From positions 1-50,833 of the forward strand of contig JACOXN010000010.1 in the NCBI GenBank assembly GCA_016176295.1: DNA of 50,833 nt. The letters are read 5' to 3'. Below are positions 1-8,098 of this stretch, piece by piece. This stretch comes from Candidatus Giovannonibacteria bacterium. GTDB lineage: Bacteria; Patescibacteriota; Minisyncoccia; UBA11713; 2-01-FULL-45-33. The translations under genes were made by a program, and so were the position numbers. The notes beneath the pieces were generated by a model. It saw nothing but the letters and a program-made list of their open reading frames with translations. It did no database searches and had not been told where the DNA came from. Position 1 is the first letter of the stretch. The number at the start of each line of letters is the position of its first letter.

Positions 1-9
1 TGGGATTAT

Positions 10-57
10 GTGGCTTTGCGCAAGGCGCAAAGCCACCAAGCCGAGGGGCGAAGCCCC
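10..57. repeat. Two GC-rich hairpins (REP-like or terminator-like) downstream of the tRNA-Ala locus
   Basis: Perfect 12-bp stem gtggctttgcgc-aag-gcgcaaagccac (10-36), plus ggggc-gaa-gcccc (45-57). Confidence 0.6.
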
Positions 58-96
58 GAGGCAATTCTCTCTGAAAAACGCGGAAGTATTGTTATG

Positions 97-133
97 TGGA
101 CCTGGGGAGAATCGAACTCCCGTCTGCCGGATG
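97..133 (-). pseudogene. 3' half of a tRNA-Ala-like gene (anticodon 3' side, T arm, acceptor)
   Basis: Minus strand catccggcagacgggagttcgattctccccaggtcca; 3 mismatches to the 3' half of the intact tRNA-Ala. Confidence 0.8.
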
Positions 134-146
134 TTCCGATAGCAAA

Positions 147-219
147 GGTGGACCCGGGGAGAATCGAACTCCCATCTTCCGGATGCAAACCGGAAGCTCT
201 GCCATTAAGCTACGGGCCC
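147..219 (-). tRNA. tRNA-Ala(TGC)
   Basis: Cloverleaf with GGGCCCG/CGGGTCC acceptor carrying G3:U70, discriminator A, anticodon loop TTTGCAT and GTTCGATT T loop; ends CCT, so CCA is not fully encoded. Confidence 0.95.
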
Positions 220-274
220 ACCTTTTCTATCGAGAATCCTCGATTTCTTATTTAAATTATAATGTAAATCGGGA

Positions 275-360
275 CAAACCGTTTACCAAGCCGACGTTAC
301 AGTCGGCTCTCCGACTTCATTATTTGTGACAATAGTTCGTCGGAGCTGAACTACAGGCCC
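275..360 (-). pseudogene. 5' half of a tRNA-like gene with a twin-hairpin insertion in the D loop
   Basis: GGGCCTG-TA-GTTCAG [56-nt insert] TTGGTAAAC-GGTTTG; GGGCCTG pairs with CAGGTCC of the 97-133 fragment. Confidence 0.65.
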
Positions 361-388
361 AAAGCCCTGTCGGATGACGGGGCATATA

Positions 389-422
389 AGAATCACCCTA
401 TCATAAATGACAGGGTGATTCT
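389..422 (-). terminator. Hairpin downstream of the cupredoxin gene
   Basis: agaatcaccct...agggtgattct inverted repeat; no clear U tract. Confidence 0.5.
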
Positions 423-457
423 AGTTTCAAGTTCTTAAAAACTTGAATCCTTTTGCC

Positions 458-877
458 TTATTTAACCGTGATGGAACCTGTTGTAGACGGATCCAAGTGA
501 TTGTGGATCGGGCAGGTTTCCGCCTGGCTGAAAACAAAAGAGAAAGCGTCTCCTTTGTCCAAAGCCTTTTTCGGGTCAAGACCCGGGCAAGCTGTGTGAA
601 CCGGATGCGGTCCGGAAGCCGGCCAAAAAGCTTTTGTGCCGACATTCACGAACTTAATCGAGTCTCCGACGTTCAACGTAACGTCTTTGGGCAAAAAACC
701 AGTTTCGCCCACGTTAACGACGACTTCCTTAGCCGCCGTTGTCGGAACTCCGGTTTGCGTTCCTGTAGGAGTCGGAAGCGGTGTGCTTCCCGTCTCCGTT
801 GCTGGGGAAGAGTAGAAATACCACACTCCCAAGCCGGCCAATAATATTATCACCACTACGACTATTAATGTTTTCAT
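458..877 (-). CDS. Membrane-anchored cupredoxin/plastocyanin-like protein
   Basis: N-terminal TM helix, PT linker, GF.P..VTLNVGDSIKFVN, SGPHPVH, HNHL...GSITVK. Confidence 0.75.
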   Translation of the reverse strand: MKTLIVVVVIILLAGLGVWYFYSSPATETGSTPLPTPTGTQTGVPTTAAKEVVVNVGETGFLPKDVTLNVGDSIKFVNVGTKAFWPASGPHPVHTACPGLDPKKALDKGDAFSFVFSQAETCPIHNHLDPSTTGSITVK

Positions 878-998
878 ATGTTACAGTTTAACATACTATT
901 TAAAATAGTGCAAGTATTTTAAAGTATTTTGGGCATATTTTCATGAGGGTTCCTTACGACTCTTTTATTTTTACCCGTCCGCGGGTAGAATGTAAAGT

Positions 999-2276
999 AT
1001 GCTGGATATTAAATTCATACGGGAAAACAGGGACCTGGTCAAAGAAGCCGCAAGAAAGAAAAAGATCAAGCTAGACCTTGACCGGCTTATGGCGCTGGAC
1101 GAAAAAAGAAGAAAGCTGATTGCCGAGACCGATGAACTGCGAAAATTGCACCGCGAGTCTTCCGCAGAAACCGCAAGAACCGGGGGGCTGGAAGGCATAG
1201 AAAAAGATAAAATAATAATCAAACTCCGCGAAGAAAAAGACAAAATATCCCATAAAGAATTTGAACTTAACGCCGTGGAATCAGAATTCGATGAAATGAT
1301 GCTTCTTATTCCCAACATTCCGGATCTTTCTGTTCCGGATGGGGAGTCTGATGCGGAAAATTTGGAAATACGCACATGGGGGGAGCCGAAGCCGCTGAAT
1401 GCCATAGGTGGCAAAGACTATCTTACACTGATGAAAGAGCATGACATGGTTGATCTTGAAAGAGGAGCCAAGGTTTCCGGTTTTCGCGGTTATTTCTTAA
1501 AAAATGATGCGGTAGTTTTGACCATGGCGCTTTGGCATTTTACTTTAGATGAGCTTTCAAAAAGAGGCTTTGACCTTTTCGCGGCGCCCTCCCTCGTCCG
1601 CGAGGAAAATATGGTTGGAACTGGATGGTTTCCTCAGTCAAAAAACGACGTATACAAAACACAGGATGATCTTTATCTTTCGGGGACCGCCGAGGTGGCA
1701 ATGATGGGTTACCATGCCGGAGAAGTTCTTGAAGAAAAAGACCTGCCCAGGAAATATGCCGCATTTTCTCCGTGCTTCAGACGCGAGGCGGGAAGTTATG
1801 GTAAAGACGAAAAGGGGCTCTACCGCGTGCACGAATTTTATAAAGTAGAGCAGATCATCCTTTGCAAATCCGACCACCAGGAATCGGTTAAATGGCATGA
1901 GGAGCTGACAAAAAATTCCGAGGAAATCATGCAGGCGCTCCGTATTCCTTATCATGTGGTGCTGAATTGCGGGGGAGACCTTGGGTTGGGGCAGGTAAAA
2001 AAATACGATATCGAGGGCTGGATACCTTCGGAGAACAAATACCGCGAAACCCACTCCGCTTCTTACTTTCACGATTTCCAGGCGCGTAGGTTGGGAATAA
2101 AATACCGCGACGCCGAAGGAAAGATGCGTTTCGTGCATTCTTTAAACAACACTGCGATTGCCACTCCTCGTTTTCTTGAGTCATTCATCGAGAACAATCA
2201 GAATCACGATGGCTCAATTAATATCCCCGAGCCGCTTCAAAAGTTCTTCGGAGCCGCAAAAATTGAAAAAAAATAA
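999..2276 (+). CDS. serS: Seryl-tRNA synthetase
   Basis: MLDIKFIREN start, GTAEV, CFRREAG, GLYRVHEFYKVEQ, HSLNNTAIA class II motifs. Confidence 0.97.
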   Translation: MLDIKFIRENRDLVKEAARKKKIKLDLDRLMALDEKRRKLIAETDELRKLHRESSAETARTGGLEGIEKDKIIIKLREEKDKISHKEFELNAVESEFDEMMLLIPNIPDLSVPDGESDAENLEIRTWGEPKPLNAIGGKDYLTLMKEHDMVDLERGAKVSGFRGYFLKNDAVVLTMALWHFTLDELSKRGFDLFAAPSLVREENMVGTGWFPQSKNDVYKTQDDLYLSGTAEVAMMGYHAGEVLEEKDLPRKYAAFSPCFRREAGSYGKDEKGLYRVHEFYKVEQIILCKSDHQESVKWHEELTKNSEEIMQALRIPYHVVLNCGGDLGLGQVKKYDIEGWIPSENKYRETHSASYFHDFQARRLGIKYRDAEGKMRFVHSLNNTAIATPRFLESFIENNQNHDGSINIPEPLQKFFGAAKIEKK

Positions 2277-2281
2277 GCCGT

Positions 2282-3226
2282 TCAATGACGGCTTTTGCAG
2301 ATATATAATCGTGTTTCCGTCTCAGCAATTTTAAAGACTGCTATCGGTTTTTGTTTGCTCCCGCCTACTCGCGGGCTTCCTCCTGTTGTGGAACCTCCAC
2401 CCCAGTGATGCGGATGTCTGTCCTCTTTTTTATCACAAGCCCGCAGAATATTCGGAACCGGAAAGGGTATGCACTCGGAAACTCTGCCGAAGCTGTAGGT
2501 GTAATTTCCGTCATCTCTTTTCCGTACGGAGATAAAGGCCTTGATGCCGTCAGCAAGAGCGCCTTGCCTTCCATATGGCCCAATTTCTTCTATCATTGCC
2601 CAGCCGGTGCCGGAAAAGATTACCTTGTACCTGATATCCAAGGTAAGCCGCCGCTGCTCTCCCACGATGAATTTGAGAATTCGGTGCTCTACGTCCGCAA
2701 GAATACTTTCAAAAGCTCCGGAATTCCTCGAATCTAGACCGCCAGCCAATCTAAATCTTCTGTATGGCTCAAAAACCCAGGCTACTTCCTGGAGAATTGG
2801 CATATCTACCGGGAACGGATATAGACCCGACATCGTGTCCTGTTTGTCCACAATATCAACAAGCTTATTAAGCCGGGGGTTGATCACTGATTCCGCGAGA
2901 TGCGGATATTTTAGCTCTGTGGCAGATGTGCTTACGTCTTCATCGCAGTCGTTCATATACACGACTGCACGCGGGCCGTTTTCATCCCGGAACGTTTTAA
3001 AAAGACCGGCCTGAATAAGTATATGCACTTGAGCGCAGGTAGCACGCGTCTCCAGCCGGGATACCTTTTCATGATGGTTAAAGTTTGCCGCGGGAAGAGA
3101 GGGGTCCATTTTTGGCCCGTCAGCCACAAAACCGTCCAGGGCAATCGAATACCTACCATATTTCTTTAGAAAAACTTTCCAGCTTAAAGGCACTATTTCC
3201 GGAAGCATGCGGAATTCTATTGTCAT
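2282..3226 (-). CDS. Hypothetical protein, possible divergent DHH-like phosphoesterase
   Basis: IALDG, NFNHHE, NDCDED and C-terminal WGGGSTTGGSPR motifs. Confidence 0.45.
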   Translation of the reverse strand: MTIEFRMLPEIVPLSWKVFLKKYGRYSIALDGFVADGPKMDPSLPAANFNHHEKVSRLETRATCAQVHILIQAGLFKTFRDENGPRAVVYMNDCDEDVSTSATELKYPHLAESVINPRLNKLVDIVDKQDTMSGLYPFPVDMPILQEVAWVFEPYRRFRLAGGLDSRNSGAFESILADVEHRILKFIVGEQRRLTLDIRYKVIFSGTGWAMIEEIGPYGRQGALADGIKAFISVRKRDDGNYTYSFGRVSECIPFPVPNILRACDKKEDRHPHHWGGGSTTGGSPRVGGSKQKPIAVFKIAETETRLYICKSRH

Positions 3227-3349
3227 AATTTTCCTTTCGTTCCTGATTTATTTTACAGCAAATATAGTAAAAAGTCAATATATTCGGGTAATGTTTATGA
3301 AATAGTATGTTTTCTAAACTAATATCAAATCTAGTGCTAAGATTAATAA

Positions 3350-4123
3350 ATGGATCTTGGAAAATATCGCGGGAAAAGGCGCAAAAATAAATTCATTAAA
3401 AAAACGGTTCTGGCCCTTTTTACAGTTATTTTATCGGCGGGAGGCATTATCGGACTTTTTTGGATACCGTATTTCCGTATTTCAGCCATTGAAACATCGG
3501 GTCCCGGAGAGTCTGACGCGATAAAAACGGCGTTGCAGCCGCTTTTTGACGGCAGAATATATTCCGTGCTGCCGCAAGATAATTTTTTCCTTTTTAAATC
3601 GCCGCGGGCCCTTCAGACTTTAAATGAAAAAGAGCTGGGTGTGGCGCAGGTCTCAAAAAAATTCCCGCACACTTTGAGCGTAAAATTTTTTGAGGAGTCG
3701 CCCTGGCTTCTCTGGTGCTTCGAAAACAGCTGTTTCTACGTAAATAATAAAGGTGAAATATACGAGCGGGCTCCGCAGTTTTCCGAAAGCCCTCTCCCGA
3801 GGCTTTCGATATCGGCGGGGCCTTCCTTAAAAATAGGAAATAAAATCGCCGATGAAAGCGTTATTTCGTTTCTGCATGTCGTTATGGACGGCTTCACGGG
3901 CCTCGGCATATCCCAGGAAAATATAGAACTTGTTATAAAAGAAAAAGAGGTGAAATTCTTCACCCGGGAATCATGGTATTTATATACTGATTTCACTCTG
4001 GATCCGGAGAGAACATTTGAAGACTTTAGACTGCTTCTTTCGGAAAAAATTAAAGAAAAGCGGGCTGATCTTGAGTACGTTGATATGCGATTTAAGGATA
4101 AGGCGTTCTATAAATTCAAATGA
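3350..4123 (+). CDS. ftsQ: Cell division protein FtsQ/DivIB-like
   Basis: Basic N-terminus, single TM, POTRA-like region (KKFPHTLSVK), C-terminal LEYVDMRF. Confidence 0.75.
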   Translation: MDLGKYRGKRRKNKFIKKTVLALFTVILSAGGIIGLFWIPYFRISAIETSGPGESDAIKTALQPLFDGRIYSVLPQDNFFLFKSPRALQTLNEKELGVAQVSKKFPHTLSVKFFEESPWLLWCFENSCFYVNNKGEIYERAPQFSESPLPRLSISAGPSLKIGNKIADESVISFLHVVMDGFTGLGISQENIELVIKEKEVKFFTRESWYLYTDFTLDPERTFEDFRLLLSEKIKEKRADLEYVDMRFKDKAFYKFK

Positions 4124-4548
4124 TTATTTTCAGGCAGTTTTCAAAATATTTTATAGTGGGCGCAAGCTCCGCCGTCATAGATTTTTTTATGCTCAATATC
4201 TTAAGCTATTTTACGGGTATTACTGTTGGAATATCACTTGGATGGATCAACGCTCCGGGAGCATTTCTCGGCATGCTAAACGCGTATTATTGGAACAGCC
4301 GCTGGGTGTTTAAAGCCGGCGAAGGCGAGAAAAAAAAGGGTGGGCACCGCGAATTTTTACTTTTCGCCGCCGTGGTTACGGCGGGGTTTTTCATCAACAG
4401 TTTTGCGCTTGTTTTTTTTACGACGTACTTTTCACGCCCTTCGGACATCCATCCGGCGCTTTGGCTTAATATTGCAAAGGCCCTCGCCACAGGGATTGTC
4501 GTCATCTGGAATTTCACAGGGTATAAATTTTTGGTTTTTAAAAAGTAA
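4120..4548 (+). CDS. GtrA family membrane protein
   Basis: QFSKYFIVG, NAYYWNSRWVF, WNFTGYKFLVFK. Confidence 0.9.
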   Translation: MIIFRQFSKYFIVGASSAVIDFFMLNILSYFTGITVGISLGWINAPGAFLGMLNAYYWNSRWVFKAGEGEKKKGGHREFLLFAAVVTAGFFINSFALVFFTTYFSRPSDIHPALWLNIAKALATGIVVIWNFTGYKFLVFKK

Positions 4549-4605
4549 CAAAAAAATAATAATTTTTTATTATTTTTTTGTTAATAACTGTGCTATAAAT
4601 AACCT

Positions 4606-5637
4606 ATGGCAAATCAGGTTTTTTACAGGAAATACAGGCCGAAAAAATTCGAAGAAGTGGTCGGTCAGGATAATACGGTGAGGGTTCTGAAAAACGCGGT
4701 CTTAAAAAAACGGCTTGCGCACGCTTATCTTTTCTCAGGCCCCCGCGGCACCGGAAAAACCACCATCGCCCGGATACTTGCCAGGGAAGTCGGCTGCGAA
4801 GAAGAAGATATCAATGAAATAGACGCGGCTTCTTCAAGAGGAATCGATGAGGCCAGGGCATTAAGGGAAGCTGTGAGATTTTTGCCGCTCCGCTCACCCT
4901 ATAAAATTTATATAATCGACGAAGTGCACATGCTCACTAAGGAAGCTTTCAACGCTCTTTTGAAAACCCTGGAAGAGCCCCCCGCGCACGCAATTTTTGT
5001 GCTCGCCACTACCGAACTAGAAAAAGTCCCCGACACTATAGTTTCCCGCACCCAGCATTTTGAGTTCAAAAAAATAGCCGTGCCTGAAATGTCCAGGGAA
5101 TTGGGAAGGATAGCAAAAAACGAAAAATTCGAAGCGGACGACGCCGCCTTGAAGCTTCTTTCATTTTTTGCAGACGGCTCGCTCCGAGACGCGGAAAATC
5201 TTCTTTACCAGGTTTCCAGCATGGGCGCAAAGCGCATAACGGAGGAGGACGTGCGGCTTATGCTCGGAGCTCCGGAAGAGGAAATGGTGAACTCTATAAT
5301 ATCCGCCGCTTTGGAACACCGTACGGCAGAAGCGCTGGAAAATTTGGACAAAGTTCTTGAAGCGGGCGCCGACCCCGTCTTGTTGAATAAGCTTGTCTTA
5401 CGGATAGCGCGGGCCGCTTATTTTTTGGCGCTCGATAAAAGCACGGAAAAAATGCTTGCCGCTGAGTTCTCAAAAGACGAACTGAATTTTTTCGGTAAAC
5501 TTTCGTCATCCGGCGTAAAGCAATTGGAGAATGCCGTTCGGGAGCTGCTCTCCTCTTACCATATTCGAGCCGACGATTTTTTCCCGCAATTGCCGCTAGA
5601 ATTGGCTTTGATAAAAATTGCTACATCTCAAGTATAA
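4606..5637 (+). CDS. dnaX: DNA polymerase III subunit gamma/tau (short form)
   Basis: YRKYRP, GPRGTGKTT, EIDAAS, IIDEVHML, FNALLKTLEEPP. Confidence 0.96.
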   Translation: MANQVFYRKYRPKKFEEVVGQDNTVRVLKNAVLKKRLAHAYLFSGPRGTGKTTIARILAREVGCEEEDINEIDAASSRGIDEARALREAVRFLPLRSPYKIYIIDEVHMLTKEAFNALLKTLEEPPAHAIFVLATTELEKVPDTIVSRTQHFEFKKIAVPEMSRELGRIAKNEKFEADDAALKLLSFFADGSLRDAENLLYQVSSMGAKRITEEDVRLMLGAPEEEMVNSIISAALEHRTAEALENLDKVLEAGADPVLLNKLVLRIARAAYFLALDKSTEKMLAAEFSKDELNFFGKLSSSGVKQLENAVRELLSSYHIRADDFFPQLPLELALIKIATSQV

Positions 5638-5652
5638 TGCTAAAATAAATTG

Positions 5653-6269
5653 ATGTTTAAGCTAAAAATAATCTTGTTGTTTTTATGTATCGGAGCTCTT
5701 TCGTTTGCCGGGTTTCACTATTTGCCAAAAATATATTCCTTTCTCCCCGCTGCGACCTATGATAACAGCAGCGACAATGATACGCTCAAAGATAAGGAAA
5801 AAAAAGAGAAAAAAATAAAAAAGCTCCAAAAAAAGATATAATAAGCATCCAGACGCAATATGGTTTTGAACACTCTGGTAAATTAGACTCCGCAATCCTG
5901 GAGCAAATCGAAATATTTTCCCTGTCGGAAACGAATCCGCTAGTAGCTGATGAAGAAAGCACCCATAGTTGCTTCATTTCCCCTTTTTCCCAAACCATTC
6001 CGCTTTTAACCTCCGCAAGATTCAGAGTAAATTTAGCGCCCACGTCGGCCGGCATGCCGTTTAGGCTGGCCTCCGGCATATTGCCGCCCGGAGTGAATAT
6101 CTCTTATAGCGCCAGAAGCGGTGTTGCGCCGCAGGCTGTAGACGTAGATCTGGCATCAACGCCGGAAACTCAAACAGGGTCTTTCAGTCTTATGATTGTT
6201 TATATGGAAGATCAGCCGTCGGGAGCTACGCTTAAAAATTTTTGTCAGCTAAATTTAATTATTGAATAA
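5653..6269 (+). pseudogene. Secreted or membrane-anchored hypothetical protein split by a -1 frameshift in A tracts
   Basis: The 5653-5841 ORF ends in A-rich runs; the -1 frame is open from about 5796 through the 6054-6269 ORF. Confidence 0.6.
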
Positions 6270-6270
6270 T

Positions 6271-7500
6271 ATGAACTTTTTTAGATCTTTTCGGGCGGCG
6301 TTAACTATTGGCGGTTCTGTTATACTTTTTAGCGTTTTACCCTTAAACAGCGCTTCAGCCGCTTTAAGCCAAGTCGGATATCGCTGGTTTAGTTACGCCA
6401 ATTCAACGGATGTCGGGCCGCCTTTAGCCAGACAAAACTTCCCGGCTACGGAAATCTTTTCCAGAATGCCTGCAAGGCTGCGAATGCTTTTAAAAACCGA
6501 TGTTAATGCTCCTTTGAATTCTCTTAATCTAAAACTCCAATTTGCAGAGCGTTCAGGAACATGCGATACCGCTTTTTCGGGTGAAAATTATGCAGATGTG
6601 GATAAAAATTCCGGTTTCATCCGTTTTTCCGATAATCCGCGGCCGAGCGATGGATTGCCACTGATAGCCAATCCGAGAGATCCGGTCAATGGCGCGGATA
6701 CCATACAAAACCAAAGTTATGAGGAAGAAAATAATTTTTTAAATGCTCAGTCGAGGATTGGTCCGGCTCAAATCGGTAAATGGGATTTTTCATTGGTAAA
6801 TGCCTTTGCTCCGTCTGGCAACACTTATTGTTTTCGGGTCGTTAACTCAGATAATTCACTTATCAGCTCTTACGTAGAGATACCGGAGCTCGAGACTTCG
6901 GGAGATAATGAGGGGGGAGAACGCGTTGGAGGAACGCCTGAAAATTTTTTCGCTCCCACTGCCCGCGGCGGCCTGCTTAGCCAATGGACCAGTCCTTTGA
7001 ACGCTATGCGATCTGACGATCAATATACTACAGCCGCTCTAACCCTTCTCGGCCAAGACTATGCTTTTTTCGGATTTTCCGTTCCGGTGGGAAACGAGAT
7101 AACAGGCATAGAGGTTAAGATAGAATCATCGTCCATTTTGGCTTTGAGTTCCATTGACGTTCAGCTTTCACCTGATGCCGGTACGATTTTTACCTCCGCA
7201 AAAAATACCGGCAATCTTACGACGTCGGATATCGAGTACACGCTGGGGGGGCCGGAAGACAATTGGGGCCGGACGTGGTCGGCCGAAGAATTTTCCGACG
7301 CCAATTTTCTTTTGCGGGTTTCGAGTGTTTTGGGAACTGCTGATACCTTGAAGCTTGACCGTATAATAGTGCGAGTTCATAATCAGGCTGTTGGCGGATC
7401 TGGAGGTGGCGGTGGAAGGGCGTTTCCGCCGGAGACTTACCGCGAAATATTTTTTGGTTTTTGGAAGAGACTAATTTCGATATTTATACAAATCCGATAG
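6271..7500 (+). CDS. Secreted beta-rich hypothetical protein (two domains)
   Basis: Signal peptide ending ASA-A; GYRWF, WDFSL, TYCFRVV and YTLGG...WGRTW segments. Confidence 0.7.
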   Translation: MNFFRSFRAALTIGGSVILFSVLPLNSASAALSQVGYRWFSYANSTDVGPPLARQNFPATEIFSRMPARLRMLLKTDVNAPLNSLNLKLQFAERSGTCDTAFSGENYADVDKNSGFIRFSDNPRPSDGLPLIANPRDPVNGADTIQNQSYEEENNFLNAQSRIGPAQIGKWDFSLVNAFAPSGNTYCFRVVNSDNSLISSYVEIPELETSGDNEGGERVGGTPENFFAPTARGGLLSQWTSPLNAMRSDDQYTTAALTLLGQDYAFFGFSVPVGNEITGIEVKIESSSILALSSIDVQLSPDAGTIFTSAKNTGNLTTSDIEYTLGGPEDNWGRTWSAEEFSDANFLLRVSSVLGTADTLKLDRIIVRVHNQAVGGSGGGGGRAFPPETYREIFFGFWKRLISIFIQIR

Positions 7501-7551
7501 TTGGATTCATCGTATCTTAATTGGCTTGGTTCAGTATTGGGACAAGCCGTT

Positions 7552-8097
7552 ATGAAAATTCCACAAGATTTGCCGCAATTCGCGGACAAAAAAACACTTT
7601 TTATCGTAACGAGCGGACAAGCCGGCCTATTATTTGAATTATTCTCGGGAAAACTGGCAAAAATAGCTGAATTTAAAGAAGACCCGGTAGTCTACTCCGA
7701 CAGAGAGGGCTTTTTCATGCGTTCCGGACACGGCATGGTCATGAGCACGGGCTCAGTATATGAATCAAAGAAATTCATGGCGGAGAACCGTTTCCTGAAA
7801 ATGCTGCACAAGGAAGTAAAACGCGCCATGGAAAAGGGGAATTACGAAGACGTGTATTTGTTCGCCTCGCCACACCGCATGAAAGCCACAAAAGCGGCGT
7901 TGCCGAGAGTCGCCGAAAAAGCCATAAAGGCGCTTTTTCGCGGCAATTATATCCACACGAATCCGCTCAACCTTGTTGAAAAGATCGGTGAATTAAAGAC
8001 ACGCTTGCCGGAAGATGAAATAGAAATGCTGACGCGCGAAGACGCAAAAAAAATCCTGGACGAAAGCAAACAAGCGCGGGACGTAATGGGGAAGTGA
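7552..8097 (+). CDS. Host attachment (Host_attach/baeRF12-like) family protein
   Basis: LFIVT...YSDREG.F.RSG...E...FLK...VYLFASP...GNY pattern. Confidence 0.55.
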   Translation: MKIPQDLPQFADKKTLFIVTSGQAGLLFELFSGKLAKIAEFKEDPVVYSDREGFFMRSGHGMVMSTGSVYESKKFMAENRFLKMLHKEVKRAMEKGNYEDVYLFASPHRMKATKAALPRVAEKAIKALFRGNYIHTNPLNLVEKIGELKTRLPEDEIEMLTREDAKKILDESKQARDVMGK

Positions 8098-8098
8098 G

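Noticed and set aside
97-133. attR of an integrated element
   Set aside because: Only 13 bp separate it from the tRNA 3' end and no integrase is visible; sequence left of the window is unseen
97-360. tmRNA (Ala-type acceptor with G3:U70, GAC before the T arm)
   Set aside because: No tag ORF ending in Ala-Ala and no pseudoknot region; the interior is a full tRNA and the 3' part matches tRNA-Ala back to the anticodon
4606-5841. dnaX programmed frameshift using the nearby A_AAA_AAG sites
   Set aside because: dnaX stops at 5637; the slippery sites belong to the next gene, which has its own signal peptide
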